Positions 47,747-57,543 of a stretch of DNA of 64,000 nt are shown here, one piece after another. This DNA is from a virus, in the IMG/VR virus record IMGVR_UViG_3300025030_000041, positions 1 to 64,000 of that record. One strand, written 5' to 3'. The notes under the pieces are model-generated. The model saw nothing but the letters and a program-made list of their open reading frames with translations, was not told where the DNA came from and made no database searches. Numbering within the stretch: position 1 is the first letter of the stretch; each line of letters begins with the position of its first letter. The translations under genes and the position numbers were made by a program.

Positions 47747-47873
47747 ATTGCAACTAGCAGTTTTGCGTATAAAAAATCGTTTTAATGTTTTTTATACGAT
47801 GTTAGCAGTATGTATTATTTTTGTTTTTACCTTATTAAAAAAATAACTATGGAAGTATTTATCAAAAAAACAT

Positions 47874-48215
47874 ATGACTATAAGTGATATACCTGAAAAA
47901 TGGGTAATTATAAAAATAGATGGCCCTATTGGAACATTTTATAAAGTATTTAGTACTTGGGCAGGTGGGTATTTAGGTACAGATAAGTGGAAGCTCAATT
48001 CTGGAATTGATAAAGTTAATACGGATGATGAGTATTATTATTTTATTGGGTTTAGTGGAAGCTGCTATAAGTGTCACAAAAAAACATATGGATTAGCTAC
48101 TCAATTTGGGTTTAGAGTTTTAAATAATATTGTAGAAAAAAGCGATAGGAAGATTAGCGTATTAGAAGATAAGCCAGATTGGGAGTCTTTTTTTAATTTA
48201 ATAAATAATTTTTAA
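47874..48215 (+). CDS. Hypothetical protein
   Basis: ORF. Confidence 0.4.
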   Translation: MTISDIPEKWVIIKIDGPIGTFYKVFSTWAGGYLGTDKWKLNSGIDKVNTDDEYYYFIGFSGSCYKCHKKTYGLATQFGFRVLNNIVEKSDRKISVLEDKPDWESFFNLINNF

Positions 48216-48217
48216 AT

Positions 48218-48787
48218 ATGAAATTTAACGACTGGTTTACTACTAGATTAATTGTTAATAAGTTTCCATTACCTTCTGAAATTTTAAAAGCACACTATGA
48301 CTACATTATTAATGTTAGTGATGAATACTCAGGTGAGTGCCATGACACTGCAATGGAAAGAGGTATTAAATATTTTTGGTTTCCAATGAATGAGCGAGTA
48401 GGTGATATGGGTTTAAACAGTTTATATGCAGCATTAAAAATAATATGGCAAGTCGAACAAGAGGGAGCTTCTGTATTACTTCATTGTCATGCTGGAGTTA
48501 ATAGAAGTCCAACAGTGAGAGATGCGTACTATTTTTTACGTACAAAAAAACATAGAGAAGAAATTGTGTTTGATGAAGAAATTGAAGAACGATTAACTGA
48601 ATGGTTAAATTTGGGTAAATCAATTAATGGAAAAAATAACATGCTACTTGAAAACATTAGAAAAGGACACTTACCCTCTATTAATAAAATGGAATCTTTT
48701 TTGAGACATTGTGAAGTTCAATTTAAAAAAGAAGAAACTGATAACAGCGGCGGACTTGACAAGTGTAAAGGTAATGCTGGGATTTAG
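48218..48787 (+). CDS. Dual-specificity / tyrosine protein phosphatase (CX5R)
   Basis: LLHCHAGVNRSPT = HCxxGxxRS P-loop of PTP/DSP enzymes. Confidence 0.65.
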   Translation: MKFNDWFTTRLIVNKFPLPSEILKAHYDYIINVSDEYSGECHDTAMERGIKYFWFPMNERVGDMGLNSLYAALKIIWQVEQEGASVLLHCHAGVNRSPTVRDAYYFLRTKKHREEIVFDEEIEERLTEWLNLGKSINGKNNMLLENIRKGHLPSINKMESFLRHCEVQFKKEETDNSGGLDKCKGNAGI

Positions 48788-48847
48788 CAATTAAAAGAAT
48801 CAGTAAGTATTTTGAAATAAATAAATTTATAAAAAATATTTTTTTGT

Positions 48848-49597
48848 GTGAAACCTAAAAAAAAGAAATTAACCCGAGAAGATGAACAAGAATTATTAGA
48901 AATAACTAATAAAACATTTAATCCAGACATTTTATCAAGTATACATATTGAAATAAAATGTAAATCAGAAAATCAAAAGAAATTATTAAATTCAATAAAA
49001 GAAAATGATGTTACTATATGTATAGGACCAGCTGGATGTGGTAAAACTATATTATCATGTGCGGAAGCTTTAATTTTATTAAAAACACATAGAGACATAT
49101 ACTCAAAAATTGTTTTAACTAAATCTATAACTCAACTTCGTAATGAAGATATAGGAATATTACCAGGGGATGAGAAAGATAAATTAAAATTATATATGGC
49201 ATCATATATGGATTCATTTAATAAATTAATTGGTGAGTACTTAACTAATAAATTAATTGAGTTAGGCCTAATTAAATTTGAAGCTCTAGGTACATTAAGA
49301 GGACGGTCTTTTGATAATGTTATTCTAATAAGTGATGAATTTCAAAATGTTAATCATGATAACGCTAAAACTCTATTAACTAGAATGTCACAAAATAGTA
49401 AATTTATTATTTTAGGGGATACTGACCAAATAGATATTAAAAATAAAAAAGATAGTTCTTTAGAGTTTATTCATAAAAAAATAAATGAAAATCCAATGGA
49501 TGGGGTTGGAGCAGTCGAATTAACAAATAGTGATATTGTAAGACATAAATTAACTTCATATTTTATAAATTTATTTAACGAACTTAAAACTTTATAG
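48848..49597 (+). CDS. phoH: PhoH-like ATPase
   Basis: ICIGPAGCGKTILS Walker A, DEFQN Walker-B-like, and overall PhoH layout and length. Confidence 0.75.
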   Translation: MKPKKKKLTREDEQELLEITNKTFNPDILSSIHIEIKCKSENQKKLLNSIKENDVTICIGPAGCGKTILSCAEALILLKTHRDIYSKIVLTKSITQLRNEDIGILPGDEKDKLKLYMASYMDSFNKLIGEYLTNKLIELGLIKFEALGTLRGRSFDNVILISDEFQNVNHDNAKTLLTRMSQNSKFIILGDTDQIDIKNKKDSSLEFIHKKINENPMDGVGAVELTNSDIVRHKLTSYFINLFNELKTL

Positions 49598-49676
49598 CGT
49601 AATCATTTATTATTTAGTAGATTGATTATCAATTAATTATATTTACTTGTTATATTTAGTTCAAAAATAAAGTACT

Positions 49677-49727
49677 AAATATTTTAATATATCAAAACTA
49701 TTTCTTATTTTTGTATTGAATATAACG
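49677..49727 (+). repeat. 51-nt conserved box, copy B
   Basis: See copy A. Confidence 0.6.
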
Positions 49728-49737
49728 TTTTGCAGGT

Positions 49738-49830
49738 AGGCGATAGTGAGGCTTACCACAAAGTTTAAATCAAAGCACTCAGGCTCATAACGGCAATATC
49801 GCCTACCTGATGTTAGGTGTCTGTAAAAAA
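49738..49830 (+). ncRNA. Candidate structured RNA: a 13-bp perfect stem (caggtaggcgata / tatcgcctacctg) enclosing about 50 nt of GC-rich sequence, immediately downstream of conserved box B
   Basis: Perfect long-range complementarity 49741-49753 / 49805-49817. Confidence 0.3.
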
Positions 49831-49864
49831 ATAAATTTAGTGTGGCAATTAAACAATTTACAAA

Positions 49865-50092
49865 ATGAAAATTAAGAAACTTATCAGCCAACACCGCAGG
49901 GATTTCACCGCCTTAATGGAATGTGAATTTTGCCAACATCAAGAAATGGATAATTCAGGTTATGATGACCGATATTATCACGACAATGTAATACCAAATA
50001 TGAAGTGTAAAAAATGCGGTGAATCAACGATAAGTAAAGGCGGTGAAATTGAAAGGACCCCAACTAAATATCCAGAGGGATTCCAAATTTGA
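49865..50092 (+). CDS. Small zinc-ribbon protein (CxxC...CxxC)
   Basis: CEFCQH ... CKKCGE. The antisense ORF 49661-49894 is rejected. Confidence 0.35.
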   Translation: MKIKKLISQHRRDFTALMECEFCQHQEMDNSGYDDRYYHDNVIPNMKCKKCGESTISKGGEIERTPTKYPEGFQI

Positions 50093-50125
50093 GTGTTGGG
50101 TGCAGTTGGAAAATAAAATAAAAAT

Positions 50126-50677
50126 ATGATTGATTACAAAATAATATCAGATTCAATTAATTACTATGAAAGTAAAGGGTTTATTAGGATTGAAACCCCT
50201 TGGACTGTTTCAGAGTATATTGATAATTTAACTAAGCCAAAAGACATGTTATCTTTTCAATTAAAACATAACAGTAAGTGCTTAGTAGCTTCTGGCGAAC
50301 AGAGTTTTTTATACCTATATTTAAAAGACTTCTTACCAAAGGGACAATTTCAAACAACAACACCATGTTTTAGATTTGAAAGTTTTGACTATTCACACAC
50401 TAAGTATTTTATTAAAAATGAACTAATAAAAACCGATGTTGTAAATAATGCTGAACTTGATAAAGTAGTAGAATATTGTTTTAATTTTTTGAAAGGATGT
50501 ATACCTGAAATAGAAATAATTCAAACTAGCATAGGGTTTGATATTGAGTATAAAGGTAATGAATTAGGTTCATACGGAATAAGAGAAAATGAGTTTTTGA
50601 AATGGATATATGCAACTGGTTGTGCTGAACCAAGATTGAGTAAAATAATTAATTTGTATAAAAATGGGTTATCATAA
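50126..50677 (+). CDS. Small protein with class-II aminoacyl-tRNA-synthetase-like core motifs (AsnA / aaRS-core-like)
   Basis: TPCFRFESF (motif 2-like fRxE) and C-terminal ATGCAEPRLSKI (motif 3-like G-x-G-x-x-x-E/R). Tentative. Confidence 0.25.
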   Translation: MIDYKIISDSINYYESKGFIRIETPWTVSEYIDNLTKPKDMLSFQLKHNSKCLVASGEQSFLYLYLKDFLPKGQFQTTTPCFRFESFDYSHTKYFIKNELIKTDVVNNAELDKVVEYCFNFLKGCIPEIEIIQTSIGFDIEYKGNELGSYGIRENEFLKWIYATGCAEPRLSKIINLYKNGLS

Positions 50678-50909
50678 AAGAAAAATAACAAAAGGAGTTT
50701 TAGGTGAGTATTCTAAAATACAAGAAGAAATGGAAGAACTAAAAGATGCGGTTGAATAAGAAGATAAAGTTCTTCAAATATGCGAATTGACCGATTTAAT
50801 TGGGGCTATTGAAAGTTTTTCTGAACTAAAATTTGGATTAAATTTAGAGGATTTGAAGAAATTTTCTGATAAAACAAAATCCGCATTTAAAGAAAAAAAG
50901 AGAGGGTAG
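50664..50909 (+). pseudogene. MazG-like nucleotide pyrophosphohydrolase ORF interrupted by one in-frame TAA (at 50757-50759)
   Basis: MGYHKRKITKGVLGEYSKIQEEMEELKDAVE * EDKVLQICELTDLIGAIESFSELKFGLNLEDL... in one frame. The EExxE...ExxD pattern is typical of MazG/HisE-type NTP-PPases. Confidence 0.35.
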
Positions 50910-51163
50910 AAAAAAAAAAGAAAAAGATTCACAGGCAGGAACTCTATTTGGGAACGAAATGTAGCACTTGTTTATAATGGCTGACGATATGTTTAAACTA
51001 TAATAAAATCAGTATTATGAACGAAAAAATTATAAAGATTTGTAAACAAAACTTATATACACTATGATTTACACCTTTTTTATGAAGCGCTAATTAAATT
51101 TAAAATAATGAAACAAATATTATTTTTTTTAATATAATAATTTTTAAAATTATTCAAATGTAG

Positions 51164-51850
51164 TTGTCATCTATTTTCATAGGCATTGATTATTCAATAA
51201 AAAACTCTTCTTTTTGCTGCACTGACTTTACTACTTTTAAGTGGGGTTCAATAGTATCTGATTATAAATTCACAAAAAATAAAACTAGATTATTAGAAGA
51301 GTTAGATTCATTATCTGATACTTCTATAAAAATATGTGAGGAAACTAAGCCTCACTTTGTTACATATTCAGCTGAACAAAGGTTTAAATTAGATAGATAT
51401 TCAAAGAATATTACACATTTTATAAATTTAATTAAATCTAATTTAAATGGTAAACTTCCTATTGTAGCAATTGAAGGAATTTCATTTGCGTCTAAAGGTA
51501 ATATTTTAATTGATTTATCTATTTCTACTGGTATTTTGCGGTATAAAGTCTTGACTGAATTATTAAATAATGATTCATCAAGACTTTTTATTTTTTCACC
51601 AGGTGAAATGAAAAATGCTATGACATGCAAAGGTAATGCTGATAAATTTGCAATTTTTAATAAATTTAAAGTTGACCCAGAATTAGATACTGTAAAAAAG
51701 TCAGAGCTTTATAAATTTATTATAGAAAATGAAGACCGAATTAATAATGGTAAATTAATAGAAAGCCCAATAAATGACTTAATTGACTCATATTTAGGAG
51801 TATTGACTCTTTTTAAGAGCATTAAAAATAATATAAAAAATAATGGTTAA
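51164..51850 (+). CDS. Putative RuvC-like Holliday-junction resolvase (RNase H fold); TTG start
   Basis: N-terminal IFIGIDYS (catalytic Asp strand) and later VAIEGISF (second acidic residue), as in RuvC-family resolvases. Weak. Confidence 0.35.
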   Translation: MSSIFIGIDYSIKNSSFCCTDFTTFKWGSIVSDYKFTKNKTRLLEELDSLSDTSIKICEETKPHFVTYSAEQRFKLDRYSKNITHFINLIKSNLNGKLPIVAIEGISFASKGNILIDLSISTGILRYKVLTELLNNDSSRLFIFSPGEMKNAMTCKGNADKFAIFNKFKVDPELDTVKKSELYKFIIENEDRINNGKLIESPINDLIDSYLGVLTLFKSIKNNIKNNG

Positions 51851-52253
51851 AAGAAAACGGCTAGTTAAAACTGATAAATATTATATTTCAAATAAAGAAT
51901 TTAGCGATGAGATTATTTTATGTAAAGAGAAAAATGAATTGACACCTGCTGCTGTTAATTTTTTTATAAAATTAGCAAATCGTACAATACGAACAAAAAG
52001 GCTTCATCATAAAAATCAAGAAGATATGGAAGATTGTATACAAACTGCTCTTGAAAATTGTTTAAAGTATTGGAGAAATTTTGATCCAACTGTTTCTCAA
52101 TATGGGCCTAATGCTTTTTCATATTTTACAACTGTTGTAAATAATGCATTTGCTTTATCATATAATAAAATGTATAAACTAAAGGGATCAGACGGTCCAG
52201 TTAAGCATATCTCACTAAATTTATCAGGTGATGATGAAATATACTCAATTTAA
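51843..52253 (+). CDS. 55: Late-transcription sigma factor, T4 gp55-like
   Basis: GPNAFSYFTTVVNNAFALSYNKMYK matches T4 gp55 [23 protein letters not shown]; an upstream NFD block and the size (136 aa) also fit. Confidence 0.6.
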   Translation: MVKRKRLVKTDKYYISNKEFSDEIILCKEKNELTPAAVNFFIKLANRTIRTKRLHHKNQEDMEDCIQTALENCLKYWRNFDPTVSQYGPNAFSYFTTVVNNAFALSYNKMYKLKGSDGPVKHISLNLSGDDEIYSI

Positions 52254-52264
52254 AAATTTGAATA

Positions 52265-52804
52265 ATGAGAAATATTAAAGACTTAAAGCCAAATAAAAAT
52301 GGTAGATTTAATCAAGGATTTTTTAATCCAGTAAATAAAGAAAAATATAGTGGGGACTTGTCTAGCCTCCCGATATATAGGTCATCCTGGGAATATAAGT
52401 TTATGCATTTTTGTGATATGAATCCTAATATTGTAAAATGGAGTAGTGAAAAAATTGCAATACCTTATATTTCGCCTATAGATATAATAAAAGAAAATTT
52501 AACTCCAACATACAAAGATATTAAATACCGAAATTATTATGTAGACTTTATAATAAAAGTAAAAACTCCAAATGATACCAATGTTACATGGTTAGTTGAA
52601 ATAAAACCTCTTAAACAAACTAAAAAACCTGAAAATATAAAAGGAAATACTACTACCAAAAAAATCAATAATTATAATAAAGATATGATTACATATTTAG
52701 TAAACAAAGCTAAATTTGAAGCTGCTCTTAAATACGCTAAATCAAAAAATATGAAATTTGGAGTTTTAACAGAAGATAAAACGGGTAATTTCACAATAGG
52801 ATAA
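52265..52804 (+). CDS. 4: Head completion protein, T4 gp4-like
   Basis: YRSSWEYKFMHFCDMN matches T4 gp4 FRSSWELKVMNFLDEH. Confidence 0.55.
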   Translation: MRNIKDLKPNKNGRFNQGFFNPVNKEKYSGDLSSLPIYRSSWEYKFMHFCDMNPNIVKWSSEKIAIPYISPIDIIKENLTPTYKDIKYRNYYVDFIIKVKTPNDTNVTWLVEIKPLKQTKKPENIKGNTTTKKINNYNKDMITYLVNKAKFEAALKYAKSKNMKFGVLTEDKTGNFTIG

Positions 52805-53418
52805 TGGAAAGATTTGATGATTTTTTTAAAGAGTTTATAGATGCGTCAGGATCCATTGGAGCGGCAAAAAACGAATCTGAAAAAATATATAACGAAAAAT
52901 ACGTAAATAACGGAAAAAACTATATAAAAACTTTACCTTCTAAACTTATAAGTAACATGTTTTATACTTTTTATTATAATGAAAAAATTGATTCAATAGC
53001 CCTTGCTCAAACTGAAAACAAGTATATAGACAAAAGACCAATTATATTAAGTTTAGGAAAAGACCAATCAGGTAAAGAGATAGGATTAAACTTTAATGTT
53101 ATTCCATATCCTCTTAAACTAAAATTATTAACAATATACTGGAAAACTATGTATAAAGGATATATTTCATATAATATAGACGAAGAATTATCTAACTGGA
53201 AAATTGTACCTATAAATAAAAAAACAATTTTAGATTTATTTAATATTAATTTAGGACCTGCTATAAACTCATATGATAAAAAGAAAATGGTTAAACTTAA
53301 AATATTAGAATGGGAAGATTTAACTATATTACCGCTATTATATACTAAAAGTATAGTCACACATAAAAACATTGGAATTAACCAAATTTATGACATGATT
53401 TTAAAGAATGCCAGTTAA
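52804..53418 (+). CDS. Hypothetical virion-associated protein (possibly a gp53-like baseplate wedge, judged by position only)
   Basis: ORF abutting the gp4-like gene. Confidence 0.3.
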   Translation: MERFDDFFKEFIDASGSIGAAKNESEKIYNEKYVNNGKNYIKTLPSKLISNMFYTFYYNEKIDSIALAQTENKYIDKRPIILSLGKDQSGKEIGLNFNVIPYPLKLKLLTIYWKTMYKGYISYNIDEELSNWKIVPINKKTILDLFNINLGPAINSYDKKKMVKLKILEWEDLTILPLLYTKSIVTHKNIGINQIYDMILKNAS

Positions 53419-54473
53419 TGAAAAATCCAAAAAAACTAGTAGAACTAGGAATATCCCACTACCATACTGGAAATTATAAAGAAGCTTTAAATTTTTATAA
53501 AAAAGCAATACCCTATCTATACTATAATGATTTAGGAATACTATATTATAACATGGGACTTTGCTATTTATCATTATATTCTTATGATAATGCAGAACGC
53601 TTATTTAAAAAATCTTTTTATGAATATGACTATAAATCGTCTGGATATGAACTTGCCTTGTCTTATTTGTTTAATAATAAATTAAATGAAGGTTTATCAT
53701 TATACCAGTATAGATATTACGGAGATAGATTTAAATTTCCAAGATTACCGATTACCCAATTTACAAATATTGAACAACTAAAAAATAAAAACGTTTTAGT
53801 ATTAAATGAACAAGGATTTGGTGATGAAATATTATTTTCTAGAGTATTACCAACATTAGATACAATAGTAAATAACTGTCATTATCAGATTTATCCAGAA
53901 ATGTTTACATTATTTCAAAATAATTTTAAATTAAATAATATAACTCTTTTTCAAGAACGACAATTTGATTTAAAATTTATTCAACAGTTTGATGGATGGA
54001 TAGCATCAGGAGATCTTTTTAGCTCATATACATTAAACTATGGTACACGACATTATACTTTTAATAATACAACAAACAAGTCTAATATTAAAAAGATAGG
54101 TATTGTTTGGAAAACTAATGCAATATCTCCTAATTCAAATTTAAGGTCAATCTCTTTAGAAAAAATAAAAAAACAATTATCATTTAATACTATAGAATAT
54201 CATAATCTACAAAAAGATGAAAATATAGATTGGATGATTAAACATACGATTAATAATTTTCAAGATACAACATCTATAATAAATGAAATGGATTTAATAA
54301 TATCAGTTGATACCTCTACTGTACATTTAAGTGCAAGTATGAATAAACCTACACTTTTAATATACGATACATATTTAGATTGGAGATGGAAATATAATTT
54401 TTATTCTACAATTACTCCAGTTCAAATTGATAATTTAATAAATGAAATAAATAAAATAATAAAAAATAATTAA
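53418..54473 (+). CDS. TPR-repeat protein with a glycosyltransferase family 9 (heptosyltransferase)-like C-terminal domain
   Basis: N-terminal TPR-like repeats (YHTGNYKEALNFYKKAI...). KNVLVLNEQGFGDEILFSRVLPTL resembles the GT9 N-terminal G-x-G-D motif region. Tentative. Confidence 0.3.
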   Translation: MKNPKKLVELGISHYHTGNYKEALNFYKKAIPYLYYNDLGILYYNMGLCYLSLYSYDNAERLFKKSFYEYDYKSSGYELALSYLFNNKLNEGLSLYQYRYYGDRFKFPRLPITQFTNIEQLKNKNVLVLNEQGFGDEILFSRVLPTLDTIVNNCHYQIYPEMFTLFQNNFKLNNITLFQERQFDLKFIQQFDGWIASGDLFSSYTLNYGTRHYTFNNTTNKSNIKKIGIVWKTNAISPNSNLRSISLEKIKKQLSFNTIEYHNLQKDENIDWMIKHTINNFQDTTSIINEMDLIISVDTSTVHLSASMNKPTLLIYDTYLDWRWKYNFYSTITPVQIDNLINEINKIIKNN

Positions 54474-54474
54474 C

Positions 54475-56304
54475 ATGGCAGGATTCTTTGATTCGTTTAG
54501 CAGTACATCCTTTGGCAATGCATTAGATAAATTATCTAGATTTGGAATGAAATATGACGACCTTCTACTAACTAATTCAAAATCAATTGGTTACATACAG
54601 GGAGAATTAAAGGCCAAGATGTCAGGTCAGTATGTTGGTAATGATTTATTGAAGTATACTTTGGCATTAAGTGATACGACTAGTGCTTTAAAGAATAAGG
54701 CTATTGCATTTTTTCAATTAGATTATAAGAGTAGAATAGAAAGATTAAGAGAGGTTGCATCAAATTCTGAGATTGAGTTTGCGATAGAGACTATTGCTAA
54801 TGATTTAGTTGTATATGATGATAATAATAGGTTTTGTTATCCAATCGATTTAACAGGTGGATTTGATGAAAAATTGGATAAAGGAGAAAAACCTAAAACT
54901 CATAAGGTTGGTAAAGAGAAAGAAATAGATAAAAAGAAAATTAAATTTTCTGATAAAGTATTAGAAGGATATGAGAGGGCATTTGATAAAATATATAATG
55001 CATGGGGATTTAATATTGGCGACAGCGCATGGATGTATGCGTATCAATATTTAATAGATGGTTTTTTAACATTTGAGATAATTTATGATAATCCGTCTAA
55101 TCCAAAGGAGATAATTGGATTTAAAGAAATTGATCCTAGTACAGTATCACCGAGAGTAGAGAAGGGGTCTAATGGAAAACTACATTTAGAGTGGATACAG
55201 TTAGACAAATCAACAGGAAAACAGATAATATTAAAAGATAGTCAAATTATATATATATCATTTTCTAATGCATTTAAAACTAGAAGAATTAGTTATGTTG
55301 AACGGCTAATTAGATCTTTCAATTTAGTTAGGGTAGTAGAAAATAGTAAAATTATTTGGCATACGATGAATGCCCCAATACGATTAAAAACTACTGTTCC
55401 TATTGGAAGTAAGTCAATTCAAAAAGCGTGGCAAGATGTTGTTGAATACAAAAATTTATATAAAGAAGATATTTTCTTTAATCAAGATAGCGGAGAAGTT
55501 ACAGTAGACGGAGAGGCTAAACTTTTATATTATAAAAACTATGTAATACCTCAAAATGATCAAGGGCAGAATATTAATATAGAAGCTTTAGAATATCCTG
55601 GACCAAATTTAAGTGATTCTCAGTTATTAAATTATTTTAGTAATAAATTAAAAATGGATACTAAAATACCGTTTAGCCGATTTGATTCTAAAAGCGGTAT
55701 GGGAGAATGGAAAATTGGAGCTGATGGCATTAGTCGAGATGAAATACGGTATGGCAAATTTATAAGAAGGCTTAGGACAGTATTTCAAGAGATAATACTA
55801 AAGCCTGTATATTTACAGATGTGCATTGATATACCCGCTTTACAAAATGATGCTGAATTTAAAAATAGTATAGGCGTTAGATTTAATAATGATAACTTAT
55901 TTGAAGAAATGAAAGACGCTGAAGTAAATAAATTAAGAGTTGCTACAGTTAATGATTTATCGGCTGTTAAAAATGATATTGGCCAGCCATATTTTTCAAC
56001 AGAATATTTATTAAGAAAATTTGGTAAGCTAACTGATGATGATATAAAACAAAATGATGCATATAAACGACGTTTTTTAAGGCCTGATGAAGAACTAAAA
56101 GGTTCTGAAGAATTAGGCGGAGAATTTGGCGGCGGATTTCCAGAAACTACAGCTGGAGGAGAAGGCCTAGCTGGGCCTGATTTAGGAGGAGAGCCTACTC
56201 CAACTGGAACAGCTGAGGTATCAGCTCCTGGAACAGAAACTGCTGGAGCGGGTGGTGGATCTGAAACAGCTGAAGCTGGATCTGAAACAACCGGAGCTTT
56301 TTAA
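54475..56304 (+). CDS. 20: Portal vertex protein (T4 gp20-like) with an unusual Gly/Thr/Glu/Ala-rich C-terminal tail
   Basis: ETIANDLVVYDDN / YLIDGFLTFEIIYD / DGISRDEIRYGKFIRRLRTVFQEIILKPVYLQMCID match T4 gp20 SEIVSDAIVYEDD / WYVDSRIFFHKIID / [37 protein letters not shown]. Confidence 0.8.
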   Translation: MAGFFDSFSSTSFGNALDKLSRFGMKYDDLLLTNSKSIGYIQGELKAKMSGQYVGNDLLKYTLALSDTTSALKNKAIAFFQLDYKSRIERLREVASNSEIEFAIETIANDLVVYDDNNRFCYPIDLTGGFDEKLDKGEKPKTHKVGKEKEIDKKKIKFSDKVLEGYERAFDKIYNAWGFNIGDSAWMYAYQYLIDGFLTFEIIYDNPSNPKEIIGFKEIDPSTVSPRVEKGSNGKLHLEWIQLDKSTGKQIILKDSQIIYISFSNAFKTRRISYVERLIRSFNLVRVVENSKIIWHTMNAPIRLKTTVPIGSKSIQKAWQDVVEYKNLYKEDIFFNQDSGEVTVDGEAKLLYYKNYVIPQNDQGQNINIEALEYPGPNLSDSQLLNYFSNKLKMDTKIPFSRFDSKSGMGEWKIGADGISRDEIRYGKFIRRLRTVFQEIILKPVYLQMCIDIPALQNDAEFKNSIGVRFNNDNLFEEMKDAEVNKLRVATVNDLSAVKNDIGQPYFSTEYLLRKFGKLTDDDIKQNDAYKRRFLRPDEELKGSEELGGEFGGGFPETTAGGEGLAGPDLGGEPTPTGTAEVSAPGTETAGAGGGSETAEAGSETTGAF

Positions 56305-56350
56305 TTAATTATTTTTAAAACATTAATCTTATTATCTACTATAAGAGTAA

Positions 56351-57523
56351 ATGGATATTAATTTTGTTAAAGTAATAACTAAGGAAATTTTAAAGAGAAA
56401 ATTTCCTAATGACTCTAAAAAACAGCAATTAGACGAAGCAACCTCACATAAAAGAATTGACATAGCGTGTCCAATTTGTGGAGATTCTAAAAATAATTCA
56501 ACTAAAAAACGAGGAAATATTTATATTAAAAGTAAAACATATAAATGTTGGAATTGTGGGCATTTTAGTTCTCTTAATAAATTTTTATTAAATACTTCCA
56601 AAAAATTAAGCATAAATTTATCTTCATATTTTTCATTAGATCAAATTAATACATTTATATCTGAGGCCGATGAAGAAATTAAGTCTGAGTCTGATAACTT
56701 TTTTAAAGAAACTGATTTTTATTCTAGTGATAATCCAGTAATTCGGCAACTACAAAATAAAAAAATATTTGAAAGACTTTTTACTATAGATGATTTTAAA
56801 GCAAAATTAAATTTAATTTCACTTATTGAATTAAATAAAGAAAGTAAAGCTTATAAATTTTTGGAATCTAGGTGCCTTACTGAAATACCCATTGAATTTA
56901 CCTCTAATTTTATATACGCCGATTCCAGTGATTCAAAAATATACTCATTTAATATTGATATTAACACTAAAAAAGTTATTGGAGTAACAATTAGGCCAAT
57001 TACATATAAGAAATATATAATATGTAATTATGATAAAATAATAGAAGATTGGTTTAAGGAATCAAAGGATTTATTTAATGAAGATGAGTTAGTATTAATT
57101 GGTAATATAAATCAATATTGGAATATTTTAAATGTTAATTTTAAAGAAAGGGTATATGTAGCAGAAGGGACATTTGATTATCCGTTCGTATATAACTCAT
57201 TATGTATAACTGGAGTAAATAAGGGGCATGAATTATTAAATAAAATAAGTAATTATTATTTATTATTAGATAATGATAAAGAAGGTATTTTAGCTAGTAT
57301 AGAATATCTTAAAAATGGGAAACATGTTTTTTTATGGAAAAAACTACTGTCTAAATATAAAAATGTTTCTAGCCCTACTGCTAAATTAGAATTAAATAAA
57401 ATAAAAGATATTAATGATGCATTTAAATGGTTATTTAAATGGAATAAAACAAATTACGTAGAATTTAATAAAATTATACAGGAGTTTTTCAGTAATAATA
57501 AATTTGACTTATTATTTTTATAA
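56351..57523 (+). CDS. 61: DNA primase (T4 gp61-like): N-terminal zinc ribbon plus TOPRIM
   Basis: CPICGDS...CWNCGH zinc-binding motif; TOPRIM-like YVAEGTFD and LLLDNDKEG. Confidence 0.7.
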   Translation: MDINFVKVITKEILKRKFPNDSKKQQLDEATSHKRIDIACPICGDSKNNSTKKRGNIYIKSKTYKCWNCGHFSSLNKFLLNTSKKLSINLSSYFSLDQINTFISEADEEIKSESDNFFKETDFYSSDNPVIRQLQNKKIFERLFTIDDFKAKLNLISLIELNKESKAYKFLESRCLTEIPIEFTSNFIYADSSDSKIYSFNIDINTKKVIGVTIRPITYKKYIICNYDKIIEDWFKESKDLFNEDELVLIGNINQYWNILNVNFKERVYVAEGTFDYPFVYNSLCITGVNKGHELLNKISNYYLLLDNDKEGILASIEYLKNGKHVFLWKKLLSKYKNVSSPTAKLELNKIKDINDAFKWLFKWNKTNYVEFNKIIQEFFSNNKFDLLFL

Positions 57524-57543
57524 AAATAAGATAAACCGTTTAA

